From positions 394,456 through 458,455 of the forward strand of contig CAWIYV010000007.1 in NCBI GenBank assembly GCA_963840455.1: a stretch of 64,000 nucleotides of DNA, given 5' to 3'. Below the pieces are notes generated by a model. It ran no database searches, was not told the DNA's origin, and saw nothing but the letters and a program-made list of their open reading frames with translations. Of the stretch, positions 20,725 to 29,485 are shown piece by piece (within the stretch, counting starts at the first letter, position 1; every line of letters starts with the position of its first letter). Source of the DNA: Nitrospirota bacterium. Its GTDB lineage: Bacteria > Nitrospirota > UBA9217. A program made the position numbers and the translations under genes.

Positions 20725-21246
20725 TTAATGCTTGTGCTCCATGGACTGCGTTTTTTTCATCTTTCTCTTTTCCCGGATCATCTTTGTGTCCTCATACATG
20801 TCCGTGTAGGCTGACTTGATGACGTCGTCGAACGATGACAACGTGCCGCCGTTCGTTTTGATGAAGGCCTCGGCATCGTCCTTTTTCTCGAACGCCCATT
20901 TTCCACGCTTGGTCATCACGCCGGCCTTTGTGCCGCCGACAACCCAGAAGGCTTTCTCCGCATCGATGAGGGCTTTGGTCCCGAAATCCCCGACCTTGAT
21001 CGCTGTCGGCGTTTTGTCGATGTTCATCGCCAGTTCGACTGCAGCGCAGTGGAGGCTGCAAACGCCCGTTGACGTACCATCGTCATACTCGATCAGCATC
21101 CGGGTAAAATCGAACTTCTGCCGGTCCATGCCGCAGTACTTGCAACTCGGCGACTGCTTGACGTCGTCCTGCGCGACCGCCGTCATCGCCAACATCCCGA
21201 ACACCACTGCCAATGCCAACGCCGCTGCTACGTTCTTCCTGTTCAT
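20725..21246 (-). CDS. NosL-family copper-binding protein (paralog 1)
   Basis: Start at MNRKNVAAAL (signal peptide). CKYCGMD motif and the overall NosL pattern (FD..G...CS..CA). Confidence 0.65.
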   Translation of the reverse strand: MNRKNVAAALALAVVFGMLAMTAVAQDDVKQSPSCKYCGMDRQKFDFTRMLIEYDDGTSTGVCSLHCAAVELAMNIDKTPTAIKVGDFGTKALIDAEKAFWVVGGTKAGVMTKRGKWAFEKKDDAEAFIKTNGGTLSSFDDVIKSAYTDMYEDTKMIREKRKMKKTQSMEHKH

Positions 21247-21331
21247 ATGCCCCTCCTTGAATGAGAAATGGTGCTGCAAGCCGGATCTCCCGTATCAGAG
21301 AAGATTAGTATCCTGATTGATACCTGTCCAA

Positions 21332-21805
21332 CTACCGGACCTCCCGGGCGAGATCCTCCCGCGCCGCTGCAAGCGCCTCGTTCCAGGTGATGATCGCCCC
21401 GTCGTAGCGCTCGATGAACGCCTCTGCCGAGGCCCGGGTCGCAAAAGCCCACTTGGGCCGGTCCGTCATGACACCCCGCTTCGCGCCTCCCATGACCCAT
21501 GCCGCTTTCTCCGCATCGATCAATGTCCGGTCATTACGGTCGGCCGCGAGGATGGCCTTCACCGTCCGTCCCGCATTCGAGTCGAGCTCAACCACAGCGC
21601 AGCGCAGGCTGCAGACGCCGACGGAGATCCCGTCCTCATATTGTACCAGCATTCTGCTGAATCCGTAGGCCTTCCGGTCCATGCCGCAGTGGACGCAGGA
21701 ACGGTATTCCGATATATCATCGCCAGCGGGGACAGCCGCTCCCGCCAAGATGACCAGCAGTGATGCACAAAAGAGGACGACGCAAACTCTCAGGTTCATG
21801 ATCAT
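21332..21805 (-). CDS. NosL-family copper-binding protein (paralog 2)
   Basis: Start at MIMNLRV (signal peptide). CVHCGMD motif. About 45% identical to paralog 1 by eye. Confidence 0.65.
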   Translation of the reverse strand: MIMNLRVCVVLFCASLLVILAGAAVPAGDDISEYRSCVHCGMDRKAYGFSRMLVQYEDGISVGVCSLRCAVVELDSNAGRTVKAILAADRNDRTLIDAEKAAWVMGGAKRGVMTDRPKWAFATRASAEAFIERYDGAIITWNEALAAAREDLAREVR

Positions 21806-21833
21806 GTACTCCTCAAAGGGGCGATGGCTCCGA

Positions 21834-22391
21834 TCACGGCAGACCGGCCAGGACATTATGTAACCGCACCCCGTCCTTATAATCTTCGTTCATGCGAACG
21901 ATTCCCGCACTATCCACGACGACGGTGATCCCCATTGTGCCATGATAGAGGTTCTCGACCGTATCTTGCGTATCCGCAAGAATCGTCAATGCTGTGCCAC
22001 TGAAACCGTAATTGGTCGCAGATTGCTGTACCTGTGTAATCGTGTCGCTAACATAATCCACCGCATAGAACCGCACATTCGGAAATGCGGGTATCTGGAC
22101 ATTCACTATATTGTCCATGTGGTCCCAACATATAGGGCACCACATGGTGAAGTAAAATACCACTCCCTGCAAGCCGGTGGTCGTGAGGACAGAGGAAAGA
22201 GTGACATCATTTCCGAACATATCTGGAATGGTGAAATCCGGAGCTAGTTGGCCGGGTAAGGGTCCAATCGTGCCCGGCGTTACGGGGGGCTGCTTGTCGC
22301 TCCCGGATGGAAAGAGATCGTCCGTAATGCCGCCGCATCCGGCGAGCATGACAAGGATCATGATGAGGATGCTGTTCTTAACGGAACCCAT
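21834..22391 (-). CDS. Thioredoxin-fold (redoxin/TlpA-like) lipoprotein with a CPIC active site
   Basis: Lipobox LAGCGG. WCPICW CxxC motif. Confidence 0.65.
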   Translation of the reverse strand: MGSVKNSILIMILVMLAGCGGITDDLFPSGSDKQPPVTPGTIGPLPGQLAPDFTIPDMFGNDVTLSSVLTTTGLQGVVFYFTMWCPICWDHMDNIVNVQIPAFPNVRFYAVDYVSDTITQVQQSATNYGFSGTALTILADTQDTVENLYHGTMGITVVVDSAGIVRMNEDYKDGVRLHNVLAGLP

Positions 22392-23364
22392 AGCTCACTC
22401 CCAGGGTATAGATATCGGTGGTCGGGAAGTTATCGCCCCAGCCGTCCTGCCGGACCGCGTGGATCCAGGAGACCCTCGTGCTCCAATCATGGTCGGTGCT
22501 TGAATAGGCGAGTGCAGCGCCGATCGACTCCTTCCGAAATCCGCTCGATGGGTCCTTGGCGTCGTTGTAGGTCCCGTCCGCCTCCCGCAGATAGGAAAAG
22601 GACCCCGTGCCTGTCAGTTTGTCCCCGCCGGTGCCGATGTAGTACGTGTAGCCGAGGGAAAGGGATGCGGATGTGCGGTCTCCCAAAGTCTTATGGTAAG
22701 GATCCACATATCTGCCGTATTCACGATTGACCGATCTCTCAATGTACGTTCCATAGCTCAGCGACAGGGATGCGTTCCAGGGATTCACTGTTTTTGCGAC
22801 AACGATATTGCCATCGAGACGGTAGAAGCCTCGTCCGGTAATATCGTAGCTGCTCGTCACATCATCATAGGGGGAAATGCCTGTCGGAACCAGCAAGCCC
22901 ATGCCGATCGTGACCGACGGGATCATATCCTTCATGCTTCGGATCTTCCAGGCAGACTTGTCGTCGACAGCTTCATACCAGACATTTAGCGTCGTGTCGC
23001 CGATCCCATTAGACCGAGAGGTACTTCTTGGATAACCATTGTAATTCCAAACATAGGGAACGGTAATGCTTGTCTGCCAGCGTGAAGCAAGGCGCTGGGC
23101 TAATCCGAGGTTTAGGCGATATTGCCAAAGATGATAATTTGGTTGGCTAAAATATTGTCCCTTGTTATTCCAGAGCCCATTGTATTTTTCCACATCTACG
23201 GACAGATCGATCATGCCCCGATAGTAACTGGGCAGCAGCAAGGCTGTTCCTCCACCTCCGCCGCAACAGGAGCCTGCCCAGGTGGAAAGGGGAGAAAGGA
23301 GCGCGGCCCCCGTGAAGAGGGCCGCGATCAGGATATAAAATGCCCGTGCACTTGGCATCAGCAT
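22378..23364 (-). CDS. Small outer-membrane beta-barrel protein with an N-terminal GSCCGGGGG motif
   Basis: Signal peptide, alternating-hydrophobic amphipathic strands rich in Y/G/W, ends SYGFR. A CC pair follows the signal peptide directly. Confidence 0.5.
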   Translation of the reverse strand: MLMPSARAFYILIAALFTGAALLSPLSTWAGSCCGGGGGTALLLPSYYRGMIDLSVDVEKYNGLWNNKGQYFSQPNYHLWQYRLNLGLAQRLASRWQTSITVPYVWNYNGYPRSTSRSNGIGDTTLNVWYEAVDDKSAWKIRSMKDMIPSVTIGMGLLVPTGISPYDDVTSSYDITGRGFYRLDGNIVVAKTVNPWNASLSLSYGTYIERSVNREYGRYVDPYHKTLGDRTSASLSLGYTYYIGTGGDKLTGTGSFSYLREADGTYNDAKDPSSGFRKESIGAALAYSSTDHDWSTRVSWIHAVRQDGWGDNFPTTDIYTLGVSYGFR

Positions 23365-23366
23365 GC

Positions 23367-24977
23367 CTACTGGGGAGTGACGACGAAGGACGTATATGCG
23401 TTGGCACCGGAGGCTGCTGCGCCATCCGTGGTCTTGTCCTGTCCGTTCACTTGCAACTTGATGTAGATCGTGGCCGTCTGGCCAGATACAAGACCGCCGA
23501 GCCCGTTCAGGGACCAGTGGCCGTTGCCTGCGTCCGTTCCGATGACCGGCGATGTAAATGACGTATCCGTTGCGGCCGATACGGCCATGGACGTCACCGT
23601 TCCCGTCGGACTGCTCAGCACTGAGCCGACCGACGCGGGATTGAAGTTCATCATCATGTTCTCGGCGTGGGAGATCATAAAGTTCAAGGTTTCGCTGGAC
23701 GCATTGACCGACCCGTCCCGGAACAGGATGTATCGTGTATACTGCGTGCCGCTCGGCCCGCTGACGATATCGGCCGGTCCGTATAACCGCTGAACGATCG
23801 TATCGGTGCCCATCGCCATGCCGACAGAGGGATAGAATGTCGCTGATTCGGCTCCCATCCCCATGCCGATCATGACCTTCATTTCCCAGATCCCCATGTT
23901 CAGACCCGAAGCCATAAGATAATAGGCCGTGCAGTCATAGGTGCCGGGAGTGCCGGATTCGGTGGCAGCATCGACCGGTGTGCCGTGGTTCTTCGTGGAC
24001 ATATGCATCATCGGCATGAGCTTGACCGTCAGGCCCGTTGCGGGCAAGCCGTCGCTCCGGTTCGTGATCCTGATCTTGAACATTGTTTTGCCTATCGTGG
24101 GCCCCATCATTCCCAGAGGAACATATTCGACCCGGTAGGTCGGTGTCAGCGAGACCTTTGAAAATGATAGATTGCCGACCTGGTCAACGGTCAGACCGGT
24201 CAAATTGCGGGTGGTGTTCGATAGACAGGTCACCAAAGCACATTCGAATTTATTCATAATATCCTCGGGAACGCTTCCCGTGCCGAGCGATACTGGCATT
24301 GATACGTTCTTGCCATCGAGAATCCCGTCAGCAAGATCCTGAGCAAGTGCTTCAAGCAGGTCGAACTGGTCGATCGGGCTGAGGCCAAGGTCCTTGGTCA
24401 ATTGGCTGAACGCCATGGCCCGAAGGCCCGCGAGGCGCTGCGCCGTGCTGGATGCAGCGGAATAAGGCGCATTGCAGGGCGCGATGGATGCGTCGGGGGC
24501 GAAGCCGAAGGCCGAAGCGAACAGAGCAGATGCATCAGCATTCGTCCTGCCGTGGATGCGCATGAGATCGGCGATGATCGTTGATGAGGGATCGAGGTTC
24601 ACGGAGGCATTTGAACCCATGCTTCCCGCCGACATATATGCCGCGAGGGAACTGGCCGTCGTCGTTGCGCCCGTCGCTTCGTCAACGAACGTTCCGCCGC
24701 TTGAACGGAAGAGAATCGTTCCCGTGAGGAAGCTGGACGGAATGCCAATGCTGTACCTGCCGTCCACGGCCGTGGTGACCGGTCCGGCTATGGTGGTGGT
24801 GCCTGTCGAGTTCAGGACAACAACAGTTGCCCCGGATACCGGGGCCGCGTAGACTGAACCGCTGACAGTCGTGTCTGTTGACGGCGCCGCATTGTTTGAA
24901 GAACCGCCGCACCCCGCAAGCAGGGCCAGAAACGCAGCAAGAACCAAAGCTAATCCTTTGTTCCGTTGTGTCTGCAT
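23367..24977 (-). CDS. Large secreted lipoprotein with clustered Met motifs (MPMMHM, MxGMGMG, VGMAMG); candidate Cu(I)-binding protein
   Basis: Lipobox LAGCGG, Ser/Thr/Gly-rich linker, then a Met-dense C-terminal half. Confidence 0.5.
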   Translation of the reverse strand: MQTQRNKGLALVLAAFLALLAGCGGSSNNAAPSTDTTVSGSVYAAPVSGATVVVLNSTGTTTIAGPVTTAVDGRYSIGIPSSFLTGTILFRSSGGTFVDEATGATTTASSLAAYMSAGSMGSNASVNLDPSSTIIADLMRIHGRTNADASALFASAFGFAPDASIAPCNAPYSAASSTAQRLAGLRAMAFSQLTKDLGLSPIDQFDLLEALAQDLADGILDGKNVSMPVSLGTGSVPEDIMNKFECALVTCLSNTTRNLTGLTVDQVGNLSFSKVSLTPTYRVEYVPLGMMGPTIGKTMFKIRITNRSDGLPATGLTVKLMPMMHMSTKNHGTPVDAATESGTPGTYDCTAYYLMASGLNMGIWEMKVMIGMGMGAESATFYPSVGMAMGTDTIVQRLYGPADIVSGPSGTQYTRYILFRDGSVNASSETLNFMISHAENMMMNFNPASVGSVLSSPTGTVTSMAVSAATDTSFTSPVIGTDAGNGHWSLNGLGGLVSGQTATIYIKLQVNGQDKTTDGAAASGANAYTSFVVTPQ

Positions 24978-25006
24978 GATTGTGACCTCTCCATGTTCAT
25001 GAATAG

Positions 25007-25504
25007 TTATAGTCGCGATAAGAGATCAATGATCTCTTGTTCATAAACCGGTACGAATACCCCGCTGAATCCCTGGTGCACGTATCGGATGATGCTGTCA
25101 CGGCCGATAAGATAGAGCGCCGGCAGACCGGAAAAGCGGTAGGCTTCCGCCGTATCGCCCCGCGTGTCCAGGACCACGGGAAAGCCGACAGGCCGCTTTT
25201 TCAGAAATGCCGCTAACCGTTCGGCGGTAGCGTCAACTGCTATTCCGATGACGATGAATCCCTTATCCCGATATATTCGATAGAGCCGATCCAGCTCGGG
25301 AAACTCCTCTCTACACGAAAGACACCAGGGGGCCCAGAAAGCGAGCAGGATAACGTTTCCGTTCAGACTTTCGAGTGAGACCGAACTTCCGTTCACATCA
25401 GCAAGCTGAAAAGCAGGCGCTCTATCCCCGGCCTGGACCGCGTTCACAGTGGCAGGTGTCAGGACAAGCAAAAGGGCTATGAAGATGTTAATGTTCACGT
25501 TCAC
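25007..25504 (-). CDS. TlpA-like periplasmic thiol:disulfide oxidoreductase
   Basis: Signal peptide. WAPWCLSC CxxC motif in a thioredoxin fold. Confidence 0.75.
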   Translation of the reverse strand: MNVNINIFIALLLVLTPATVNAVQAGDRAPAFQLADVNGSSVSLESLNGNVILLAFWAPWCLSCREEFPELDRLYRIYRDKGFIVIGIAVDATAERLAAFLKKRPVGFPVVLDTRGDTAEAYRFSGLPALYLIGRDSIIRYVHQGFSGVFVPVYEQEIIDLLSRL

Positions 25505-25694
25505 TCTGAAAGAAATGGCTCCGCCTCAGAAATATCTTGAGCAGCAGGGATGATGCCGGATACTTCCGAAGCGGAGCCGGGCGAAAGGGGGAGAAACGCC
25601 CATAGGTGTGAGCCGGCTTGCAGGACGGCGCACAAACGCAACCGGATCGCGGTGCGCATTTCGACACGCTTACGGAAATACTGGAAACGAGGGG

Positions 25695-25982
25695 TTACGA
25701 CCTGGGGGGATGTTCGCTGCTACTGGTGAGGATCAGTTCAGTGAAGACCGGATGGACCGGTTCGGTGAAAGATACGGAAAGGGTGGGAGGTGCAGTGCAG
25801 GGTGCCAGACCGACGCAGGGCATCTCGCCGTTCGAAGAAAGGGCCGGTGCGGCAGAGTGGCAGACGTCGAGAGTGCCCAGGAACGAGCGTCCGTCATTCA
25901 CGGCCATGAACGACAACGATGTCACCGGAGCGAGGACCGTGAACGCGAGGACGATCAGCAGGATGAATGTTACCGACTTCAT
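25695..25982 (-). CDS. Small secreted Cys/His-containing protein (95 aa), hypothetical
   Basis: Strong signal peptide MKSVTFILLIVLAFTVLAPVTSLS. DVCHS...MPCVGLAPC. No clear RBS, so low confidence. Confidence 0.35.
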   Translation of the reverse strand: MKSVTFILLIVLAFTVLAPVTSLSFMAVNDGRSFLGTLDVCHSAAPALSSNGEMPCVGLAPCTAPPTLSVSFTEPVHPVFTELILTSSSEHPPRS

Positions 25983-26362
25983 AGTTGAAGTATAGAAATA
26001 AAATATCGTCCTGTCAACGTAAAGTTTTAATTATTGTTGGTTTGATGTGTGCCATATCGCGTTCATGGTAAGCTCTTTTGCGGGTTTTTATAACTGGAAT
26101 GCCGCAAAATAGTGCACGAAGTTCAGCAGGAGGGTGTGAAACATCTGTCATGTGTATTTGCTCAATAGCCTGACGAGGTTCTATGATTCCGGATCTTGCG
26201 CTTCGACGCTGAGTGCATCCGGGTAGGCAGCAATGTTCGAAGCGAACTTAACGGGGAATCAACACTGGATTTTTGAACGCTAACGGTAATGAGCACGATG
26301 AAACTCACGGTAATTACTGAATTCTTTATTGACACCTCCCGGCAAATACGGTAATTTTAACC

Positions 26363-26941
26363 ATGACGGGCATCATTCTTGCCGGTGGAGAAAGCCGGCG
26401 CATGGGCACGGACAAGGCCCTGCTCGATATCAACGGCAGGCCCATGATCGAACATGTTCTTGCAGTATTTGCAGGTCTGTTCAAGAAGACCATCATTGTC
26501 ACGAACACGCCGGACCGATACCGGATGTACGGCGTCGAGCTGACCAGTGATGTCCTTGACATCCGTGGTCCACTGACCGGCATCTATTCGGGGCTGCTCA
26601 GATCGCATGATGAGTATAATTTCGTCGCAGCCTGCGACATGCCCTTTCTGAACCCCCGGCTCATAGCGTACATGGGAGAGCTGGCTGCGGGACATGATGC
26701 CGTGGTCCCGATGTTCGGCGGCGGTTTTCTCGAGCCGCTCCACGCGATCTACCGCAAGGGTATCTTCCCGGTCATCGAGATGCAGGTCCGGAAGCAGGAC
26801 CGCAGGATCCGGGGTATGTTCGATCATATTCAGGTCAGGTATGTAACAGAAGAAGAGATCGTCCGGTTCGACCCGCTGAAAAAGTCATTCAGGAATTTAA
26901 ATACACCGAAGGAGTACAAGGAGGCAGTATGTTTGGATTAG
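26363..26941 (+). CDS. mobA: Molybdenum cofactor guanylyltransferase MobA
   Basis: [20 protein letters not shown]-terminal nucleotidyl-transferase motif. Confidence 0.85.
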   Translation: MTGIILAGGESRRMGTDKALLDINGRPMIEHVLAVFAGLFKKTIIVTNTPDRYRMYGVELTSDVLDIRGPLTGIYSGLLRSHDEYNFVAACDMPFLNPRLIAYMGELAAGHDAVVPMFGGGFLEPLHAIYRKGIFPVIEMQVRKQDRRIRGMFDHIQVRYVTEEEIVRFDPLKKSFRNLNTPKEYKEAVCLD

Positions 26942-27111
26942 GAATGCCGGAGCTGTTGGTCATTCTGGTCATTGTCATTATCATCTTTGGGGCCAGCCGT
27001 CTCCCGCAGCTGGGCGAAGGGCTCGGCAAGGCCATTAAAGGCTTTAAGAAGGGGATCGCGGACAGCAACGAGGCGAACAAGGACTCGTCCAAGCCTGAAA
27101 ATAAGTCATAA
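26929..27111 (+). CDS. tatA: Twin-arginine translocase subunit TatA/E
   Basis: [26 protein letters not shown], amphipathic helix, 60 aa. Confidence 0.85.
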   Translation: MFGLGMPELLVILVIVIIIFGASRLPQLGEGLGKAIKGFKKGIADSNEANKDSSKPENKS

Positions 27112-27133
27112 CCGGGAACGCGGGGCGTCGGCG

Positions 27134-28888
27134 ATGAAATGGGTACTCGCAGAACATGATGCGGGGGCCGTTTCGCGGCTCTCGGACCAGGCCGGCATCC
27201 ACCCGCTCATCGCACGGCTCATGGTCGCCCGGGGGATCACCGACGCCGCCGCTGCGCTTGTCTTCCTTTCCCGTGACCTTTCCTCGCTCTCCGATCCACG
27301 GGCCCTCCGCGGCATGGACAGGGCCGTCGGCCGCATCCGTCAGGCGATCTCTTCAGGCGAACCCATAACCGTTTACGGTGATTACGATGTTGACGGCGTG
27401 ACCGGCGCCGCGCTGCTTTTCCTCGCGCTGCGGGAGCTGGGCGCCAGGGTCGATAGCTACATTCCGGACAGGATGACCGAAGGGTACGGCCTGAACGCAG
27501 AGGCTCTGGGCCGCATCAAGGCCTCCGGCGCGGCACTTGTCATCACCGTCGATTGCGGTATCAGCGCCGTCAATCAGGCTGCCGCTGCCCGAGCACTGGG
27601 CCTCGACCTCATCATCACCGACCACCATGAATCGGCAGCGGTCCACTGGGAGGGGCCGTCACCTGCCCCGGGTGTTCTGCCGGAGGCGTTTGCGGTCATC
27701 CATCCAGGGCTGGTCCAACCGGGAACTTCCGATGCCGTACGGGATAGCATCGGCGGTCTCACGGGTGTGGGCGTCGCCTTCAAACTGGCACAGGCGCTCG
27801 CGGACCTGCCTGCCGGCGATGAACGCATGATGCAGTATCTCGACCTGGTGACCCTGGGGACCATTGCCGACATCGGCAGGCTCACGGGAGAAAACCGGGT
27901 CCTCGTGGGGCATGGGCTGGATATCCTCTCGTCGGAGCCGCCGCGCCTCCGGCCCGGCATCGCAGCGTTGAAGCAGGTCGCGAACCTGAGCGGCAAGAAG
28001 GTGAGCGTCGGGACCGTGGGCTTCACCCTGGCGCCGAGGATCAACGCCAGCGGAAGGCTCGAGCGCGCCGACACCGCCTTCCGGCTCATGACCACGGGTT
28101 CGCCCGACGAGGCTCTGCACCTGGCGACCATGCTGGACCGGGTCAACCGTGAGCGACAGGCGGTCGAAGAGGCCATCTGGGGGTCGGCCCGCGAGCTCTG
28201 CCTCCAGGCGGACATGGCGAACACCGGCGCCTTCATCCTGTCGTCCGATGAATGGCACCCCGGCGTGATCGGGATCGTGGCGTCGAGGATCGTCGAGGAG
28301 TTCTACCGTCCCACGGCGCTCATCTCGGTTAAGGACGGCGTGGGGAAGGGGTCTGCGCGGAGCATTCCGGGCTTCGACCTGTACCAGGGGCTGTCAGCCT
28401 GCTCTGACCTGCTCCTCGGGTTCGGCGGGCATAAGTACGCCGCCGGCCTTACGGTGGCCGTGGACCAGATCCAGCCCCTCAGGGAGCGGCTGAGCGCGGC
28501 AGTGCTCGAACTGTTCGGCCCCAACGGGTTCGTGAGGACCCTGTCCATCGATTCACCGGTCACTTTTGACGACCTGACTTTCGACCTGCTGCGCGACATC
28601 GAGCGGATGGCGCCCTTCGGCCAGGGCAATCCCGAACCGCGGTTCGGAGCCAAGGGCCTCGAGGTCCTGTCTCTCCGTCCGGTGAAGGACAACAAGCACC
28701 TGAAGCTCCGGCTCCGCCAGCAGAACAACCTGCAGTTCGATGCCATCGCTTTCAACAAGGGTGAGTCGCTCGGAAGCCGGCTCCGGACCGGGACGCAGGT
28801 CGCCGCAGTGTTCACGCCGCGGATCAACACTTGGAACGGTATCACGAACATACAGCTGGAGATCAGGGACATCAAGGTAGAAAAATGA
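27134..28888 (+). CDS. recJ: Single-stranded-DNA-specific exonuclease RecJ
   Basis: DHH motifs (VYGDYDVDG, DHH at ITDHH), DHHA1 domain. Start at MKWVLAEH; the upstream in-frame extension in the track is an artefact. Confidence 0.85.
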   Translation: MKWVLAEHDAGAVSRLSDQAGIHPLIARLMVARGITDAAAALVFLSRDLSSLSDPRALRGMDRAVGRIRQAISSGEPITVYGDYDVDGVTGAALLFLALRELGARVDSYIPDRMTEGYGLNAEALGRIKASGAALVITVDCGISAVNQAAAARALGLDLIITDHHESAAVHWEGPSPAPGVLPEAFAVIHPGLVQPGTSDAVRDSIGGLTGVGVAFKLAQALADLPAGDERMMQYLDLVTLGTIADIGRLTGENRVLVGHGLDILSSEPPRLRPGIAALKQVANLSGKKVSVGTVGFTLAPRINASGRLERADTAFRLMTTGSPDEALHLATMLDRVNRERQAVEEAIWGSARELCLQADMANTGAFILSSDEWHPGVIGIVASRIVEEFYRPTALISVKDGVGKGSARSIPGFDLYQGLSACSDLLLGFGGHKYAAGLTVAVDQIQPLRERLSAAVLELFGPNGFVRTLSIDSPVTFDDLTFDLLRDIERMAPFGQGNPEPRFGAKGLEVLSLRPVKDNKHLKLRLRQQNNLQFDAIAFNKGESLGSRLRTGTQVAAVFTPRINTWNGITNIQLEIRDIKVEK

Positions 28889-29485
28889 ACGTACAGATAA
28901 TTATTATAGGATCTTCTCCCTCTTATGTGGGTAACATTGTCCGCTACCTAATAAGAATCGTGTTTTCTGCATATCCCCTTCGCATCCTGAATGAATTTCC
29001 TGACCCGTCTACGGCCACGTCCGCTCGCCCGCGCAAACTCGGCCTGCGGCCTCAGACATGCGCGTTCGCCCTGCGGGACGCTTCCTTAGGCCAAGACGGG
29101 TGCCCAGAAAATTCATAGGGACGCTCCGGGGACATGCGGGATTTGGGTATAGGCCTGTGCATCTGCCTTTCCAAAAGCTCCTGCATCCCGTGAACAGGTC
29201 CGTGCACAAGCATGCGCAGGCGGTCACGGCAGGTGCCATCACCAAGCCAGGCAGACACGGCTGAGCCCGTTTTGACGGGCGAGGGGAAGTGCTGCTTTAC
29301 CCAATGAATATTGTTATCAGTACCAGTCCTGCATGCCTGCGCGGACCTGTGAACCGGGGTGCAGAAAAAATGGCATCGTGAATTTTATCTTTTTTGACGA
29401 CTGTAAATAGTTGCATGCTGCACAATTGCTTTGGAAATGAGTTTTTTGATATAGTGCATGATCGTTCGTGCTTGCATATAAATCT

